Source: an uncultured Spirochaetota bacterium (GTDB lineage Bacteria > Spirochaetota > Brevinematia > Brevinematales > JAOACQ01). From it: a stretch of 64,000 nt of DNA. Made by a program: the position numbers and the translations under genes. The stretch is taken from contig CAVYGN010000001.1 of assembly GCA_963768055.1 (NCBI GenBank), forward strand, positions 992,001-1,056,000. Reading direction: 5' to 3'. Every line of letters begins with the position of its first letter. Position 1 is the first letter of the stretch. This document shows, one piece after another, positions 62,901-64,000 of this stretch. The notes under the pieces are model-generated. The model saw nothing but the letters and a program-made list of their open reading frames with translations, was not told where the DNA came from and made no database searches.

Positions 62901-64000
62901 TCAAATTATATCGGAAAAATTTAATATCCTGTCTAATATCCTGTATTGAAGAGCCTCGCTTAAATGGTAGTCTTCGATCCCTTTATTTTCATTCAGATCC
63001 GCTATTGTTCTTGAGATTTTCAGAATTTTGTCATATGCCCTTATAGAAAGCATGAATTTTTCCATTGCAAGTTTAAGCAGTCTTTCCCCTGAGGCAGAAG
63101 GTACGCAAAATTTTGATATTAATTTGTGAGGCATCTGGGAATTAGTATAAAGACCGTATTTTAAGAGCCTCTCCCGTTGGATATTCCTTGCATTGACAAC
63201 CCTTTTTCTGATTTCTGCCGAATTCTCCGGGGGAGAACCCGTCCGTATCTGGTCGAATTTTATTCTCGGGACCTGGACCTGGATATCAATGCGGTCAAAA
63301 AGAGGGCCGGAAATTTTTTTGTAAACGGTGAGAATATCTCTTGCGTCCCATTGATCAATGTCGTTATTATTATTTGAAGGATTAAGAGCAGCTATAAGCA
63401 TAAAGTTTCCCGGAAATTCAACCGATGCCTCGGCGCGGGAAATAGTAATTTTTCTATCCTCGAGAGGCTGTCTCAGGCATTGAAGAACATTGGTTTTAAA
63501 TAGCTGGAATTCATCAAGAAAAAGGACTCCGTTATGGGCCAGGCTTATCTCGCCCGGTTTTATAAATCTCCCCCCTCCGATAATTGAAGCATCCGATGCA
63601 GTGTGGTGAGGGGTCCTGAACGGCCTGTCGACAATCAGAGGCTGTTTCTGGCTCGTCATTCCGGCAACGCTGTAAATCATTGTTGTCTCGAGGGCTTCTT
63701 CAAGGGTCATCTTCGGTAAGATAGTCGGAATACGCTTGGCAAGCATTGTTTTACCGGTTCCGGGAGGGCCGATCAGGATGGCGTTATGCCCGCCGGCAGA
63801 ACATATCTCAACTGCCCTCTTGGCGGATTCCTGGCCTACAATATCGGACATATCCGGTTTAATTTCAGGGCCGCAGGGATTATCCGGGAAGGATATTTCA
63901 GTTTTATATTCGTTTTTAGGGCAGGGGCTTATCTGTTTCGAGCCGTCTAAATAATTTATAGCGTCTTTAAGATTTGAGACTGGAATTACATTAACGGAGC
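62901..64000 (-). CDS. comM: YifB/ComM family Mg-chelatase-like AAA+ ATPase, 5' part outside the window
   Basis: GPPGTGKTMLA, RPFRTPHH, PGEISLAHNGVLFLDE, SGPLFDRID, RTIADL. Frame is open to the window end. Confidence 0.93.
   Translation of the reverse strand, partial: SVNVIPVSNLKDAINYLDGSKQISPCPKNEYKTEISFPDNPCGPEIKPDMSDIVGQESAKRAVEICSAGGHNAILIGPPGTGKTMLAKRIPTILPKMTLEEALETTMIYSVAGMTSQKQPLIVDRPFRTPHHTASDASIIGGGRFIKPGEISLAHNGVLFLDEFQLFKTNVLQCLRQPLEDRKITISRAEASVEFPGNFMLIAALNPSNNNNDIDQWDARDILTVYKKISGPLFDRIDIQVQVPRIKFDQIRTGSPPENSAEIRKRVVNARNIQRERLLKYGLYTNSQMPHKLISKFCVPSASGERLLKLAMEKFMLSIRAYDKILKISRTIADLNENKGIEDYHLSEALQYRILDRILNFSDII

Overview
Bacterial chromosomal window of moderately low GC, most likely from an anaerobic spirochaete (inferred from a P83/100-family antigen, a spirochaete-type FliD, many lipoproteins and PFOR). 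It holds about 50 genes: housekeeping (gltX, glnS, hisC, pyrF, malQ, nifJ/PFOR, tRNA-Ile2(CAT), comM/yifB), transport (sugar ABC, NodIJ-like and NatAB-like exporters, MlaEFD) and a dense signalling set (three HD-GYP proteins, two tandem 7TM-PAS histidine kinases, two sigma-54 activators, a SigH-like sigma factor). The best candidate for an undescribed system is the operon at 16910-20782. It encodes a HypC-type ([NiFe]-hydrogenase chaperone) domain fused to a HydE-like ([FeFe]-maturase family) radical SAM enzyme, an ABC-2 exporter, and a DapF-fold enzyme with Ser at both catalytic Cys positions. It has a perfect 10-11-10 palindrome upstream and follows a giant kinase-STAND-TPR-GAF-sigma54 activator gene. 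Other notable items: a FliD with an apparent Sec signal peptide, a family of non-autonomous TIR elements (MITEs) at five or more loci that sit at TAA/TTA, a candidate ~75-nt sRNA, a histidine kinase paralog lacking its G2 box, and a degenerate MlaF. No CRISPR array, transposase, integrase or rRNA was seen. All family calls come from motif recognition by eye, not database searches.
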